Below are positions 32,854-40,851 of a DNA stretch of 40,851 nt, piece after piece. A model generated the notes under the pieces. That model made no database searches and was not told where the DNA came from. It saw only the letters and a list, made by a program, of their open reading frames with translations. Numbering within the stretch: position 1 is the stretch's first letter; every line of letters starts with the position of its first letter. The stretch comes from Thermoplasmata archaeon. Lineage in GTDB: Archaea > Thermoplasmatota > E2 > DHVEG-1 > B18-G2. The DNA lies in NCBI GenBank assembly GCA_021161865.1, contig JAGGZU010000124.1, positions 1 to 40,851 of the forward strand, given 5' to 3'. The position numbers and the translations under genes were made by a program.

Positions 32854-35156
32854 TGCACCCCCTTCAAATACTCAGCCATTTCCCTGCAACTCCTCTGAAA
32901 CTTCTGCCCATCAGGTGTAAGAATCTCAACAAAACGAAGCCTGTTAACATCAACACCTTTCTCCTCCAAGATTTCCCTGGCTTTCATGTACTTCTCCTCA
33001 GCAGCCTCAGTACCATCTACATAATGACACAAACCCTTAGGACATGCAAAAATCATCACGCCCTTAGCTCCTTTCTCAAATGGATAAAGAATATCCTCTA
33101 CGCTTAACCTACCCACACAGGGCAGCTTCACCACCTTCACCATTGAAGGATACTCCATCCTGCTTGTACCAGCAATATCAGCAGCATTATAACCACAGGT
33201 TTCAGTGGTATAAGCAATAACAGAATCCGGATCCCCCTCCAATATACCATCAACCTGCGCCCTAAGCTGCGCCTTTGTGAGATGTCTTATCTCTATAGCA
33301 TCCTCAGGGCAAACAGAAACACATTTACCACAACCCTTACAAGCCATATCCACAACTTCATAGCTCTCAGTAATCGCGCCGTACCTACAAGCCTCTCTGC
33401 ACAAACCACATCTTGTACATTTATCTGGATCAATTACTGCAGTGGTTAAATCCACAGTGGCAACATCATCCTTCAATATCGTAGCAACCCGGCTAGCTGC
33501 AGCACCAGCATCGGTTATACTATCCTGAATAGACTTGGGCCCCTCCGCTGTACCAATGATGTAGATTCCCTCAGTTGTTGTATCAACCGGAGCAATCTTA
33601 ACATGCAACGGTGAAAGAAACTTATCCAGCCCATACTGTAAATGCAAAACCTTAGCCATCCTTTTTGTACCCTCAGACGGCTCCAAAGCCGTTGCCAAAA
33701 CAATTAAATCAGATTCAACCCGCATAAACTTATTAGTAGCCTTATCAAACACATCAAAAAACAGTCTACCATCAGGTGTATCCATTATCTGAGAAGGCCT
33801 ACCCATTATCATGTTGATATTCTTCTCACGGGCAAGAGCATAATACTCCTCATTCCTACGACCAGGTGCCCTAATATCTATGTAACACATGTTTATAGTA
33901 GCATCCGGAAACTTAGCACGCATAATCTTAGCGTTTTTAATAGAATACATACAGCAGATGTTGGAACAGTACTCCTTATGTCTCTTATCCCTTGAACCAG
34001 CACACTGAATAAAAGTGATGGTTTTCGGTTCCCTACCATCAGAAGGACACACAACTTTACCACCGGTTGGACCGGATGGAACAATCATCCTCTCCAGTTC
34101 CAAACCAGTTATAACATCAGGGTGCTCATAATAGTACTCAGTATTACTCAGATCAGTCTGCTGATAACCTGTTGCAACAACTATGGCCCCAACCTTAAGT
34201 TCCCTCCTCTCCTTTTTCTGATTGAAATCCACAGCATCAGCCGGACAAACCTTTTCACATATCCCACATACACCCTTGTTGATTTTTAAACAGGCCTCCT
34301 CTTCTATGAAAGCAGCGTTTGGAACAGAACCATCAAATGGTATATGAATAGCCTTTGTTTTATCTAAACCAAGATTGTAGTTGTTTGGAATAGATACTGG
34401 GCATTTCTCAGTACATAACCCGCAGGCTGTACATCTATCCAAATCAACGTACCTTGGTTTAGTTTCAACAGTAACATTGTAATCCCCAACTCTCCCAGAT
34501 AGACCAACAACCTCAGACAAGGTTAAAAGCTCTATATTTGGATGAGCTTTAACCTCATTCATTATAGGCGAAACCGTGCACATGGAGCAGTCATCGGTGG
34601 GAAAGGTTCTACCAAGTTTCGTCATGTTTCCACCAATGGACGCTTCCTTCTCAACAAGATAAACATGGAAACCCTTGTCTGCAAGTTCAAGAGATGCATG
34701 CATTCCCGCTATACCAGCACCTATAACAAGAACATCCCTATTAACAGGCACATCCACAGTACCTATAGGCTCATGATGCTGAACCTTATTAATGGCTCCT
34801 TTGATAATAGAATAAGCCTTCTTAGTAGCCTCCTCCCTGTCAGAGTGTACCCAGGAACAATGCTCCCTGATGTTAGCCATCTCAAACATGTAAGCATTCA
34901 GTTTCTGCTTCACACAATCCTTAAAAATATTCCAATGATGCTTAGGGGAACAACTGGCAATAACCAGTCTATCCACATCCTTGTTTTTATCCAAAGTATC
35001 AAGAATCATCTGCTGCCCTGCTTCCGAGCAGAGAAACATGTGATTCTTAACAACAAGGTTTTTATCCTTAGAAAACTCCTTTTTAAGTTTCTCAATATCC
35101 ACCGTTGCAGCTATGTTGTCCCCACAATGACATAGAAAGACTGCTGTTTTACCCAT
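32850..35156 (-). CDS. hdrA: HdrA fused to a C-terminal MvhD domain, set 2
   Basis: The HdrA core has VFLCHCGDNIA, VIGAGIAGMHASLEL and several ferredoxin motifs. The last roughly 130 aa are MvhD-like (TETCGYNAADIAGTSR...LPCVGRLS...GAKGVMIFACPKGLCHY). Confidence 0.85.
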   Translation of the reverse strand: MGKTAVFLCHCGDNIAATVDIEKLKKEFSKDKNLVVKNHMFLCSEAGQQMILDTLDKNKDVDRLVIASCSPKHHWNIFKDCVKQKLNAYMFEMANIREHCSWVHSDREEATKKAYSIIKGAINKVQHHEPIGTVDVPVNRDVLVIGAGIAGMHASLELADKGFHVYLVEKEASIGGNMTKLGRTFPTDDCSMCTVSPIMNEVKAHPNIELLTLSEVVGLSGRVGDYNVTVETKPRYVDLDRCTACGLCTEKCPVSIPNNYNLGLDKTKAIHIPFDGSVPNAAFIEEEACLKINKGVCGICEKVCPADAVDFNQKKERRELKVGAIVVATGYQQTDLSNTEYYYEHPDVITGLELERMIVPSGPTGGKVVCPSDGREPKTITFIQCAGSRDKRHKEYCSNICCMYSIKNAKIMRAKFPDATINMCYIDIRAPGRRNEEYYALAREKNINMIMGRPSQIMDTPDGRLFFDVFDKATNKFMRVESDLIVLATALEPSEGTKRMAKVLHLQYGLDKFLSPLHVKIAPVDTTTEGIYIIGTAEGPKSIQDSITDAGAAASRVATILKDDVATVDLTTAVIDPDKCTRCGLCREACRYGAITESYEVVDMACKGCGKCVSVCPEDAIEIRHLTKAQLRAQVDGILEGDPDSVIAYTTETCGYNAADIAGTSRMEYPSMVKVVKLPCVGRLSVEDILYPFEKGAKGVMIFACPKGLCHYVDGTEAAEEKYMKAREILEEKGVDVNRLRFVEILTPDGQKFQRSCREMAEYLKGVQ

Positions 35157-35163
35157 CTACTCA

Positions 35164-35553
35164 TCAACCCCTATCTTCCACCTCTTTAGCAGGTATAGGA
35201 TCTTTAATAACATCAGATGAATTAAAGGTGGATAAAAAGAAGTTTTTTGTAAGCTTTATAGCGCCAGTTGGACAAATGTCCTCACAAAGAGCACAAAAAC
35301 AACATTTACCTATATCCACCCTTGGATATTTCTTAGGATATTTCTCCTTATATTTCTCTGGTGCTTCAACCATATCTATGGCCTTATTTGGACATATCTT
35401 AGCGCAAAGATTACATGATATGCATTTGTCTACATCGTAACTATGCTCCCCTCTGTATCCATCCGGTATTGGATTAGACTCATGTGGAAACCTGGTTGTG
35501 ATGGGTTTAGAAACCATATTTTTTAATATTTTAGGGACTACCTTCATCTTCAT
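35164..35553 (-). CDS. NuoI / HycF / MbhN-type 2x[4Fe-4S] ferredoxin subunit
   Basis: It has GYRGEHSYDVDKCISCNLCAKICPNKAI and DIGKCCFCALCEDICPTGAIKLT. The length and spacing are typical of the TYKY-type subunit. Confidence 0.75.
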   Translation of the reverse strand: MKMKVVPKILKNMVSKPITTRFPHESNPIPDGYRGEHSYDVDKCISCNLCAKICPNKAIDMVEAPEKYKEKYPKKYPRVDIGKCCFCALCEDICPTGAIKLTKNFFLSTFNSSDVIKDPIPAKEVEDRG

Positions 35554-35559
35554 CTTTTA

Positions 35560-36681
35560 TCACCTATCGATATCAGCTGGGCATCCATTTAAACTCCAGT
35601 ATATCGCTGGTACATCAGCTATCTGTGCATCCCTCAATAGAAACTCTAAAACCGGTATAATATGCAGAAAACTTGGTCCTCGAATCTTTACTCTATATGG
35701 TTTGATTCCACCATCGCTAACCATATACACCCCTGCTTCCCCTCTTCCAATCTCATTCCTAATATATGCCTCACCTTCAGGTATCTTCATATTGAGTTTT
35801 GGTTTGCTAAACTCTTTTGCTATAAAATCTCCATCAGGTAAGTCTTTCAAAGCCTGTTTTATAATACCTACCGATTGTTCCATCTCCTCCAATCCTATTT
35901 GAAACCTTGCATAGGCGTCTCCTTCTTTTCTAACAGGTATCTCGAAATCAAATCTATCATACACCTCATATGGTTCTTCTTTCCTAACATCCGTCTTCAA
36001 ACCACTGGCTCTTAAAACAGGTCCTGTCGCACCTAACCTTATCGCATCCTTCAGATTCAATATACCTACGTCTTTTAATCTAGCTAGATTTGCAGGGTTT
36101 TCTGCTCTCTCAAAATCTATCATCTTCCCTATTTTATCCAAGACATTCAGTATCTTTTCCTCCGCTGATTCCGGCAAATCCCTTCTAACGCCACCAGGGC
36201 ATATATACCCTGCAGGATAAACTCTTCCACCAGTTATTAACTCAAACAAATCAAGTATAAAATCCCTGTAACCAAACGCCAGTTTGAACCCCGTATCAAA
36301 ACCTGTGCCAATTGAGATAATTCCATACCATATAAGATGAGACTGTATCCTGGACAACTCTGCCATTATAACCCGTATATATTTTGCTCTTTCAGGTACC
36401 TCCACACCCATCAACTCATCTACAGCCTCAGCGTGTACAAGATTCCAAGCCAAGGATTCGAGTACGCATATTCTATCAGATAAAACAGCATTTTGTAGAG
36501 GCAACCTATACTCCATTAATTTCTCAAAACCTCTATGCAGATACCCTGGATCTGCCCTCGCAGATACTATCCTCTCTCCATCCACTTTAAGCTTAACAGA
36601 GAAGTTACCGGAGCCAGGATGAGCTGGACCAAAGAACAACTCATAGGTATCATCATCTATCTTCTCCATAGTTCCCTGCAT
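35560..36681 (-). CDS. NuoD / group-4 [NiFe]-hydrogenase large-subunit-like protein retaining only 2 of the 4 Ni-Fe cysteine ligands
   Basis: It has FGPAHPGSG, GYLHRGFEKLME and a C-terminal ...GCPADIDR. The L1 position reads RICVLES (CxxE) and the L2 position reads NGCPADIDR (CxxD). The start was set to the ATG at 36681, 1 nt after the nuoC-like stop; the track start at 36789 overlaps nuoC by 107 nt. Confidence 0.8.
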   Translation of the reverse strand: MQGTMEKIDDDTYELFFGPAHPGSGNFSVKLKVDGERIVSARADPGYLHRGFEKLMEYRLPLQNAVLSDRICVLESLAWNLVHAEAVDELMGVEVPERAKYIRVIMAELSRIQSHLIWYGIISIGTGFDTGFKLAFGYRDFILDLFELITGGRVYPAGYICPGGVRRDLPESAEEKILNVLDKIGKMIDFERAENPANLARLKDVGILNLKDAIRLGATGPVLRASGLKTDVRKEEPYEVYDRFDFEIPVRKEGDAYARFQIGLEEMEQSVGIIKQALKDLPDGDFIAKEFSKPKLNMKIPEGEAYIRNEIGRGEAGVYMVSDGGIKPYRVKIRGPSFLHIIPVLEFLLRDAQIADVPAIYWSLNGCPADIDR

Positions 36682-36682
36682 T

Positions 36683-37201
36683 TCAGTCCCTCCCAAAATA
36701 GGCTGATTCTCTATCATTATCTTTGCTGTAATACTCATTTCTAACGTATTCTCTCCAATCAAAGTCCTTCCTAAATGGAGCTGGTCCATCCCAATCCTCT
36801 AAGAAGAGAGGTGATAAATCGGGATTTCCCTTGAATTTAACTCCAAACAGCTCATGCATCTCCCTCTCATGTATCTGAGAACTTTCACCCCATATTTTAG
36901 AAACGGTTTCAATCTCTGGATTTTCCCTATCTACCATCGTTTTAATGGTTATAAGGATTTTATCATCATAAGACCATATATGATAGGTTAACTCGTATTC
37001 TCCTTTTTTAGGCCAATCTGTTACAGAGAGGGCGGACAGATGTTTAAAACCAAGCTTATTTTTTACAAACATACATAAATCAATCAAATCCTCTGACGGA
37101 GACTTCACCCATATCCTTCTTTCTCTCTGAATCCCTACGTCCACCTTGAAATTTTTGGTTATATTCTCTATGATTTCCTTCTCTCTCACCGACTCAACCA
37201 T
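36683..37201 (-). CDS. NuoC / 30-kDa subunit-like protein
   Basis: LSALSVTDW...YELTYHIWS...SKIWGESSQIHEREMHELFGVKFKGNPD is the Complex1_30kDa signature. Confidence 0.8.
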   Translation of the reverse strand: MVESVREKEIIENITKNFKVDVGIQRERRIWVKSPSEDLIDLCMFVKNKLGFKHLSALSVTDWPKKGEYELTYHIWSYDDKILITIKTMVDRENPEIETVSKIWGESSQIHEREMHELFGVKFKGNPDLSPLFLEDWDGPAPFRKDFDWREYVRNEYYSKDNDRESAYFGRD

Positions 37202-37202
37202 A

Positions 37203-37637
37203 TTACTTCATCTCCTCTACATGTTTGAAGATCTTTCCAACCGCCTCAAATACTGCCTCTGGTCTAGGTGGACAACCCGGTATATACATTGTAACTGGCA
37301 GATAATCCTCCAATCTTTTTATTGTGTTATATGAATCCCAGTACATACCGCCCGTCATAGTACATGAACCCAGTGCGATTACCACCTTTGGCTCAGACGT
37401 CTGCTCATATATCCTCTGCGCTCTTTTGATTGATTTTAAAGTCTGATACCCCGCAATGAATAAAACATCTGCATGCCTAGGGTTTCCTACAACAATTATG
37501 CCAAATCTCTCCATATCCCATCTGGATCCAACAAGGGGAACCAACTCGCAGAATCCACAAGAGTTAAACCAGTTAAAAACCCATATCGCCTTTATAAGCC
37601 TCTTCATAACCTTTTTTTGTGGAGATTCCTCACTCAT
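37203..37637 (-). CDS. NuoB / group-4 hydrogenase small-subunit-like protein ([4Fe-4S], CxxC type)
   Basis: It has SCGFCE, GSCTMTGG and IPGCPPRPE. I chose the ATG at 37637, since the track start at 37667 is GTG. Confidence 0.8.
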   Translation of the reverse strand: MSEESPQKKVMKRLIKAIWVFNWFNSCGFCELVPLVGSRWDMERFGIIVVGNPRHADVLFIAGYQTLKSIKRAQRIYEQTSEPKVVIALGSCTMTGGMYWDSYNTIKRLEDYLPVTMYIPGCPPRPEAVFEAVGKIFKHVEEMK

Positions 37638-37715
37638 TTTATTGCCTTCTTTCAATTTTGTGTACACCCATTCAACATATCAATATCTAAGCCTCATCAG
37701 AGATTTTTTTCCAAT

Positions 37716-38669
37716 CTAACTCATCTTCTCCTTAACCGCATTCGTCAACTTAGGTAGAACCTCATAGAGGTCTCCCACAATACCATAGTCGGCGGATTTA
37801 AATATTAATGCTTCAGGATCCTTGTTTATCGCAACCACCACATCCGAGTCACGCATACCAGCTATATGCTGAATCTGACCAGAAATACCAACAGCAATGT
37901 AAAGCTTCGGTTTAACCTTATGCCCAGATAAACCAATCCAATGATCCTCAGACAACCATTTCAGATCAGCAGCAATCGGTCGAGAACAACCGGTTGTTCC
38001 CCTTAACACCTTGGCCAGCTCCTCCACCAATTGTATATCCTCTTTTTTCTTGAACCCTCTACCACAGGAAACAATGATTTCAGCGTCCTCAACATTCACT
38101 TCACCGGTTTTCATCTCCTTAACGTCAACAATCCTTGAAGGATACCTATCCACCTTCACCTCTTTTTTAATCACCTCCCCAGCTCTACTCTCATCTTCTG
38201 GGAGAGGGTCAAAAACCTTAGGAGGTATGGTAACAACAGCGGGTTTAGAGTTAAACCGTTCAACAGCAATGGCGTTACCACTGTAAACCACTCTCTCAGT
38301 GGTAAGTTTCCCATCCTTTACGTAAAGGTTTATGCAGTCTATCACACAACCTGTGTCAAGCTTTGCAGCTAGACGGGAGGCAAGCTCTTTACCGTTTTTA
38401 GTGGAACCGACAATAACAACCTCCTCGTTGGTTTCCTCAAGAATCTTCTCCATCGCGTCAGTGTACTCCTCGCCCTTGAATGTGTTCAACCCTGTTTTAA
38501 CCATGAAAACCCTGTCGGCACCATGCATTATATATTTTTTAGCCAAGCTTTCATCATCAGTGTCAAACACTACAGCAGTAGCCTTCTCATCCAACTCCTT
38601 GGAAACATCCTTGGCCTTAGCTATCAACTCAAGCATGTTTTTTTCATCATCAGAGTAAACAAGCACCAT
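37716..38669 (-). CDS. etfA: Electron transfer flavoprotein alpha subunit
   Basis: The C-terminal FAD-binding block is IVSCGRG...PKLYIAVGISGQIQHIAGMRDSDVVVAINKDPEALIFKSADYGIVGDLYEVLP. Confidence 0.85.
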   Translation of the reverse strand: MVLVYSDDEKNMLELIAKAKDVSKELDEKATAVVFDTDDESLAKKYIMHGADRVFMVKTGLNTFKGEEYTDAMEKILEETNEEVVIVGSTKNGKELASRLAAKLDTGCVIDCINLYVKDGKLTTERVVYSGNAIAVERFNSKPAVVTIPPKVFDPLPEDESRAGEVIKKEVKVDRYPSRIVDVKEMKTGEVNVEDAEIIVSCGRGFKKKEDIQLVEELAKVLRGTTGCSRPIAADLKWLSEDHWIGLSGHKVKPKLYIAVGISGQIQHIAGMRDSDVVVAINKDPEALIFKSADYGIVGDLYEVLPKLTNAVKEKMS

Positions 38670-38675
38670 CTTTCA

Positions 38676-39440
38676 TCACCTCAAAACACCCTCTTTAGCA
38701 AGACTATCAACCAGTTTCTCCACAGCCTCATCAACATCATCCTGATAAACAATGTTTTTCCTCTCCATAGAAACCCCTTTAACCTCAACCGTTTCCATCT
38801 TAGGAGTAAGCTCCTTCACACCAAGCGACTCCATACTCCACTCATTGATTGGTTTGTTAGCAGAGGCAAGTATCTGCATAAGACTGGGTAACCTGGGTTC
38901 ATTAATCTCTTTAGTAACCGTTATAAGCACAGGGTATGGTGACTCCATTGTTACAACAACATCACCCACATCCCTTTCAGCAACAACCTTATCCTTCTCA
39001 GCATCAACCTTCCTGGCGTATGTTATCTGAGGAATCCCAAGAAGACCTGCTAACCTCGGTCCCATCTGACCAGAAAACAAGTCAATTGATGCCTCCCCAC
39101 CAAGTACAATATCATAGTCTCCTATCTTCTTTATCGCAGCAGCCAACAACTTAGACACCACATCATAATCAGCGTTCTCAGGTGCAGAAACTATCACAGC
39201 CTCATCAGCACCCATAGCAAGTAGCTCCTTAACCCTCTCCTTAGCGTCGGATGAACTAACGGTTAAAACCGTGACCTTACCGCCATGTTTCTCCTTTATT
39301 CTTATTGCCTCCTCCACAGCGTTTTTATCGATATCACTTATCTTCAAAGGAACACCCTGCAACACCGGCTTCTTAGTGCTGGGGTCAACCTTGATCTCAG
39401 ACACATCAATAACCTGCTTCGCACAAACAACTATATTCAT
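38676..39440 (-). CDS. etfB: Electron transfer flavoprotein beta subunit
   Basis: MNIVVCAKQVIDVSE...DKNAVEEAIRIKEK...DIVLGGEASIDLFSGQMGPRLAGLLGIPQITY...INEPRLPSLMQI is typical EtfB. Confidence 0.85.
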   Translation of the reverse strand: MNIVVCAKQVIDVSEIKVDPSTKKPVLQGVPLKISDIDKNAVEEAIRIKEKHGGKVTVLTVSSSDAKERVKELLAMGADEAVIVSAPENADYDVVSKLLAAAIKKIGDYDIVLGGEASIDLFSGQMGPRLAGLLGIPQITYARKVDAEKDKVVAERDVGDVVVTMESPYPVLITVTKEINEPRLPSLMQILASANKPINEWSMESLGVKELTPKMETVEVKGVSMERKNIVYQDDVDEAVEKLVDSLAKEGVLR

Positions 39441-40851
39441 AGCCTAACCTCCATACCTTTCCTCTTCATCTCCAACTCCCTTAACTCCTTTCTCTTTATC
39501 TTACCGCTCTGCGTCTTAGGCAGCTCCTCAACAAACTCAATCTCCCTAGGATACTTGTAGGGTGCAGCATTCTCCTTCATAAACCGTTGAATATCCTTAA
39601 CCATCTCATCACCTGGTTCAAACTCCTCATTAAGTATAACAAATGCTTTAACAATCACACCCCTCATCTTGTCAGGGCTTGCAACCACTGCAGCTTCAAG
39701 AACAGCAGGATGCTCAATGAGAGCACTCTCCACCTCAAAAGGCGAAACCCTGTAACCAGCGGTCATAATAAGGTCATCACCACGAGCGGCAAACCAATAA
39801 TAACCCTCCTCATCCATGTAAACGGTGTCACCGGTTAAAAACCAACCGTTTTTAAAAGCCTCCCTTGTTTTATCAGGTTTATTCCAGTACTCAAGGAAAA
39901 GCCCAGGGTCATCATCTTGCACAGCAAGAGTACCAAGTTCACCAGGTTTAACAGGGTTACCTTTTTCATCAACAACCCCGCAGACATGACCGGGCTGAGG
40001 CTTACCACATGAACCCGGTTTAATCGGCAAACCAGGCATGTTTGAAAGATAAACCATGACCTCAGTCATACCGATACCATCATATATTGTTACACCAAAC
40101 CGTTTCTTCCACGCCTGAATAACCTCAGGGTTAAGTGGTTCACCAGCACTAATACAATGCCTAAGCTCAGATAAATCATACTTTTTCTCTGCATCCTTAA
40201 CCGTGAGAAACATTCTATACGCTGTGGGAACCGAGGCAAGATTAGTCACGCGGTATTTCTCAAGCAAAGAAAACCATTTCTCAGGATCAAACCTGCCATC
40301 ATAAAGTAAAACAGATGCTGCATGACGCCAGGCATAAATAAAAGCGTTACCCAACGGATAAATCCAGCTGAGAGCACCAGTATGAGCAACAATATCATCA
40401 GGTTTATAGACCTGCCAGTACAAAGCGTTTGGATCGTTACCAATAGCCCAACGATGAGCATGAACTGCACCCTTCGGCATACCCGTTGTTCCACTCGTGT
40501 AACAGAAAAACGCCATGTCATCAGGTTTAGTATCAGCCACCTTAAGGTGATGAGAAGCGTTTTTCATCAAATCATAAAACGAAAGTTGATCTTTCTCTGC
40601 ATCCCCGACAACAATGATATGTTTCAATGTTGGACAGGAATGTTTTACCTCCTCTACCTCCTTAACATACTCTGGTGTGGTCACAGCAAGAACCGCTGCA
40701 CTATCATTAATCCTGTACTCCACCTCCTTAGCTTTAAACATCACACTACTTGGAATAGGAACAGCACCAATTTTCACACCACCCAAAAAAACCATCTGGA
40801 ACTCAGGGACATTTGGTAAACGTATTAGAAAACGATCACCCTTTTTAACAC
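39437..40851 (-). CDS. AMP-dependent acyl-CoA synthetase/ligase, 5'-partial (continues beyond the window edge)
   Basis: It has FCYTSGTTGMPKGAVHAH, YDGIGMTE, GDTVYMDEEGYYWFAARGDDLI and PKTQSGKIKR. The reading frame stays open upstream of the first ATG (..VKKGDRFLIRLPNVPEFQ MVFLGG..), so the true start lies outside the window. Confidence 0.85.
   Translation of the reverse strand, partial: VKKGDRFLIRLPNVPEFQMVFLGGVKIGAVPIPSSVMFKAKEVEYRINDSAAVLAVTTPEYVKEVEEVKHSCPTLKHIIVVGDAEKDQLSFYDLMKNASHHLKVADTKPDDMAFFCYTSGTTGMPKGAVHAHRWAIGNDPNALYWQVYKPDDIVAHTGALSWIYPLGNAFIYAWRHAASVLLYDGRFDPEKWFSLLEKYRVTNLASVPTAYRMFLTVKDAEKKYDLSELRHCISAGEPLNPEVIQAWKKRFGVTIYDGIGMTEVMVYLSNMPGLPIKPGSCGKPQPGHVCGVVDEKGNPVKPGELGTLAVQDDDPGLFLEYWNKPDKTREAFKNGWFLTGDTVYMDEEGYYWFAARGDDLIMTAGYRVSPFEVESALIEHPAVLEAAVVASPDKMRGVIVKAFVILNEEFEPGDEMVKDIQRFMKENAAPYKYPREIEFVEELPKTQSGKIKRKELRELEMKRKGMEVRL

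Noticed and set aside
24399-35135. Numerous plus-strand ORFs of 60-200 aa inside mvhA, mvhG, hdrA, hdrB and hdrA2 (for example 24399..25010, 28005..28520, 34542..35135)
   Set aside because: They are Asn/Thr/Leu/Ile-rich antisense shadows of well-supported minus-strand genes, with no motifs, no SD and no TATA context.
23869-35156. Possible selenocysteine (in-frame TGA) in hdrA, mvhD and mvhA, as in some methanogens
   Set aside because: All of these ORFs are uninterrupted and carry Cys at the relevant motifs. No in-frame TGA needs to be invoked.
36682-36789. A 36-codon N-terminal extension of the NuoD-like ORF overlapping the nuoC-like gene
   Set aside because: The ATG at 36681 lies 1 nt after the nuoC-like stop and precedes the conserved FGPAHPGSG block at the usual distance. 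The extension has no homology-like features.
1-40851. CRISPR arrays, IS elements, rRNA genes and long tandem repeats
   Set aside because: Scanning by eye found no regularly spaced repeats, terminal inverted repeats or rRNA-like segments. The intergenic regions are mostly under 130 nt.

Overview
This is a compact archaeal chromosomal segment, roughly 90% coding. Four things seen in the sequence support an archaeal origin. There is an intron-containing tRNA-His with an encoded G-1. There is a surface protein ending in a PGF-CTERM sorting signal. A/T-rich TATA-like boxes lie about 25-50 nt upstream of several starts. There is an Mvh/Hdr operon. The lineage cannot be assigned from this window, and no mcr or mtr genes are present, so methanogen status is open.

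Layout:
(i) 1-9.5 kb holds two PaaK/F390-synthetase-like adenylating enzymes flanking a B12-binding radical SAM gene and a 506-aa orphan. It also holds an HPS-RraA fusion, a DUF362 Fe-S protein, a GNAT, tRNA-His, tRNA-Leu and a nitroreductase.
(ii) 9.6-15.2 kb is a thiol-disulfide redox island. It contains a cytoplasmic thioredoxin, three membrane-anchored thioredoxin-fold proteins (one apparently circularly permuted), a NapH-type membrane polyferredoxin, a PGF-CTERM protein and flanking HTH regulators.
(iii) 15.3-23.8 kb holds pepD, feoA-feoB-dtxR, a crotonase, bioY-birA with a predicted BirA operator, and an AbfD-family gene with a coupled Cys-rich partner.
(iv) 23.9-40.9 kb is entirely on the minus strand. 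It holds a canonical hdrCBA-mvhDGA-protease operon, a decayed OYE-type flavoprotein pseudogene, and then a second, unusual chain: acyl-CoA synthetase, etfB, etfA, NuoB/C/D/I-like soluble module, hdrA::mvhD fusion, hdrC and an hdrB-like gene.

In that second chain the hydrogenase-like large subunit keeps only 2 of the 4 NiFe cysteines. The HdrB-like subunit has lost the last Cys of both CCG motifs. No membrane subunits are present. This chain is my best candidate for an undescribed electron-bifurcation-type system. I found no CRISPR array, IS element, integrase or rRNA.
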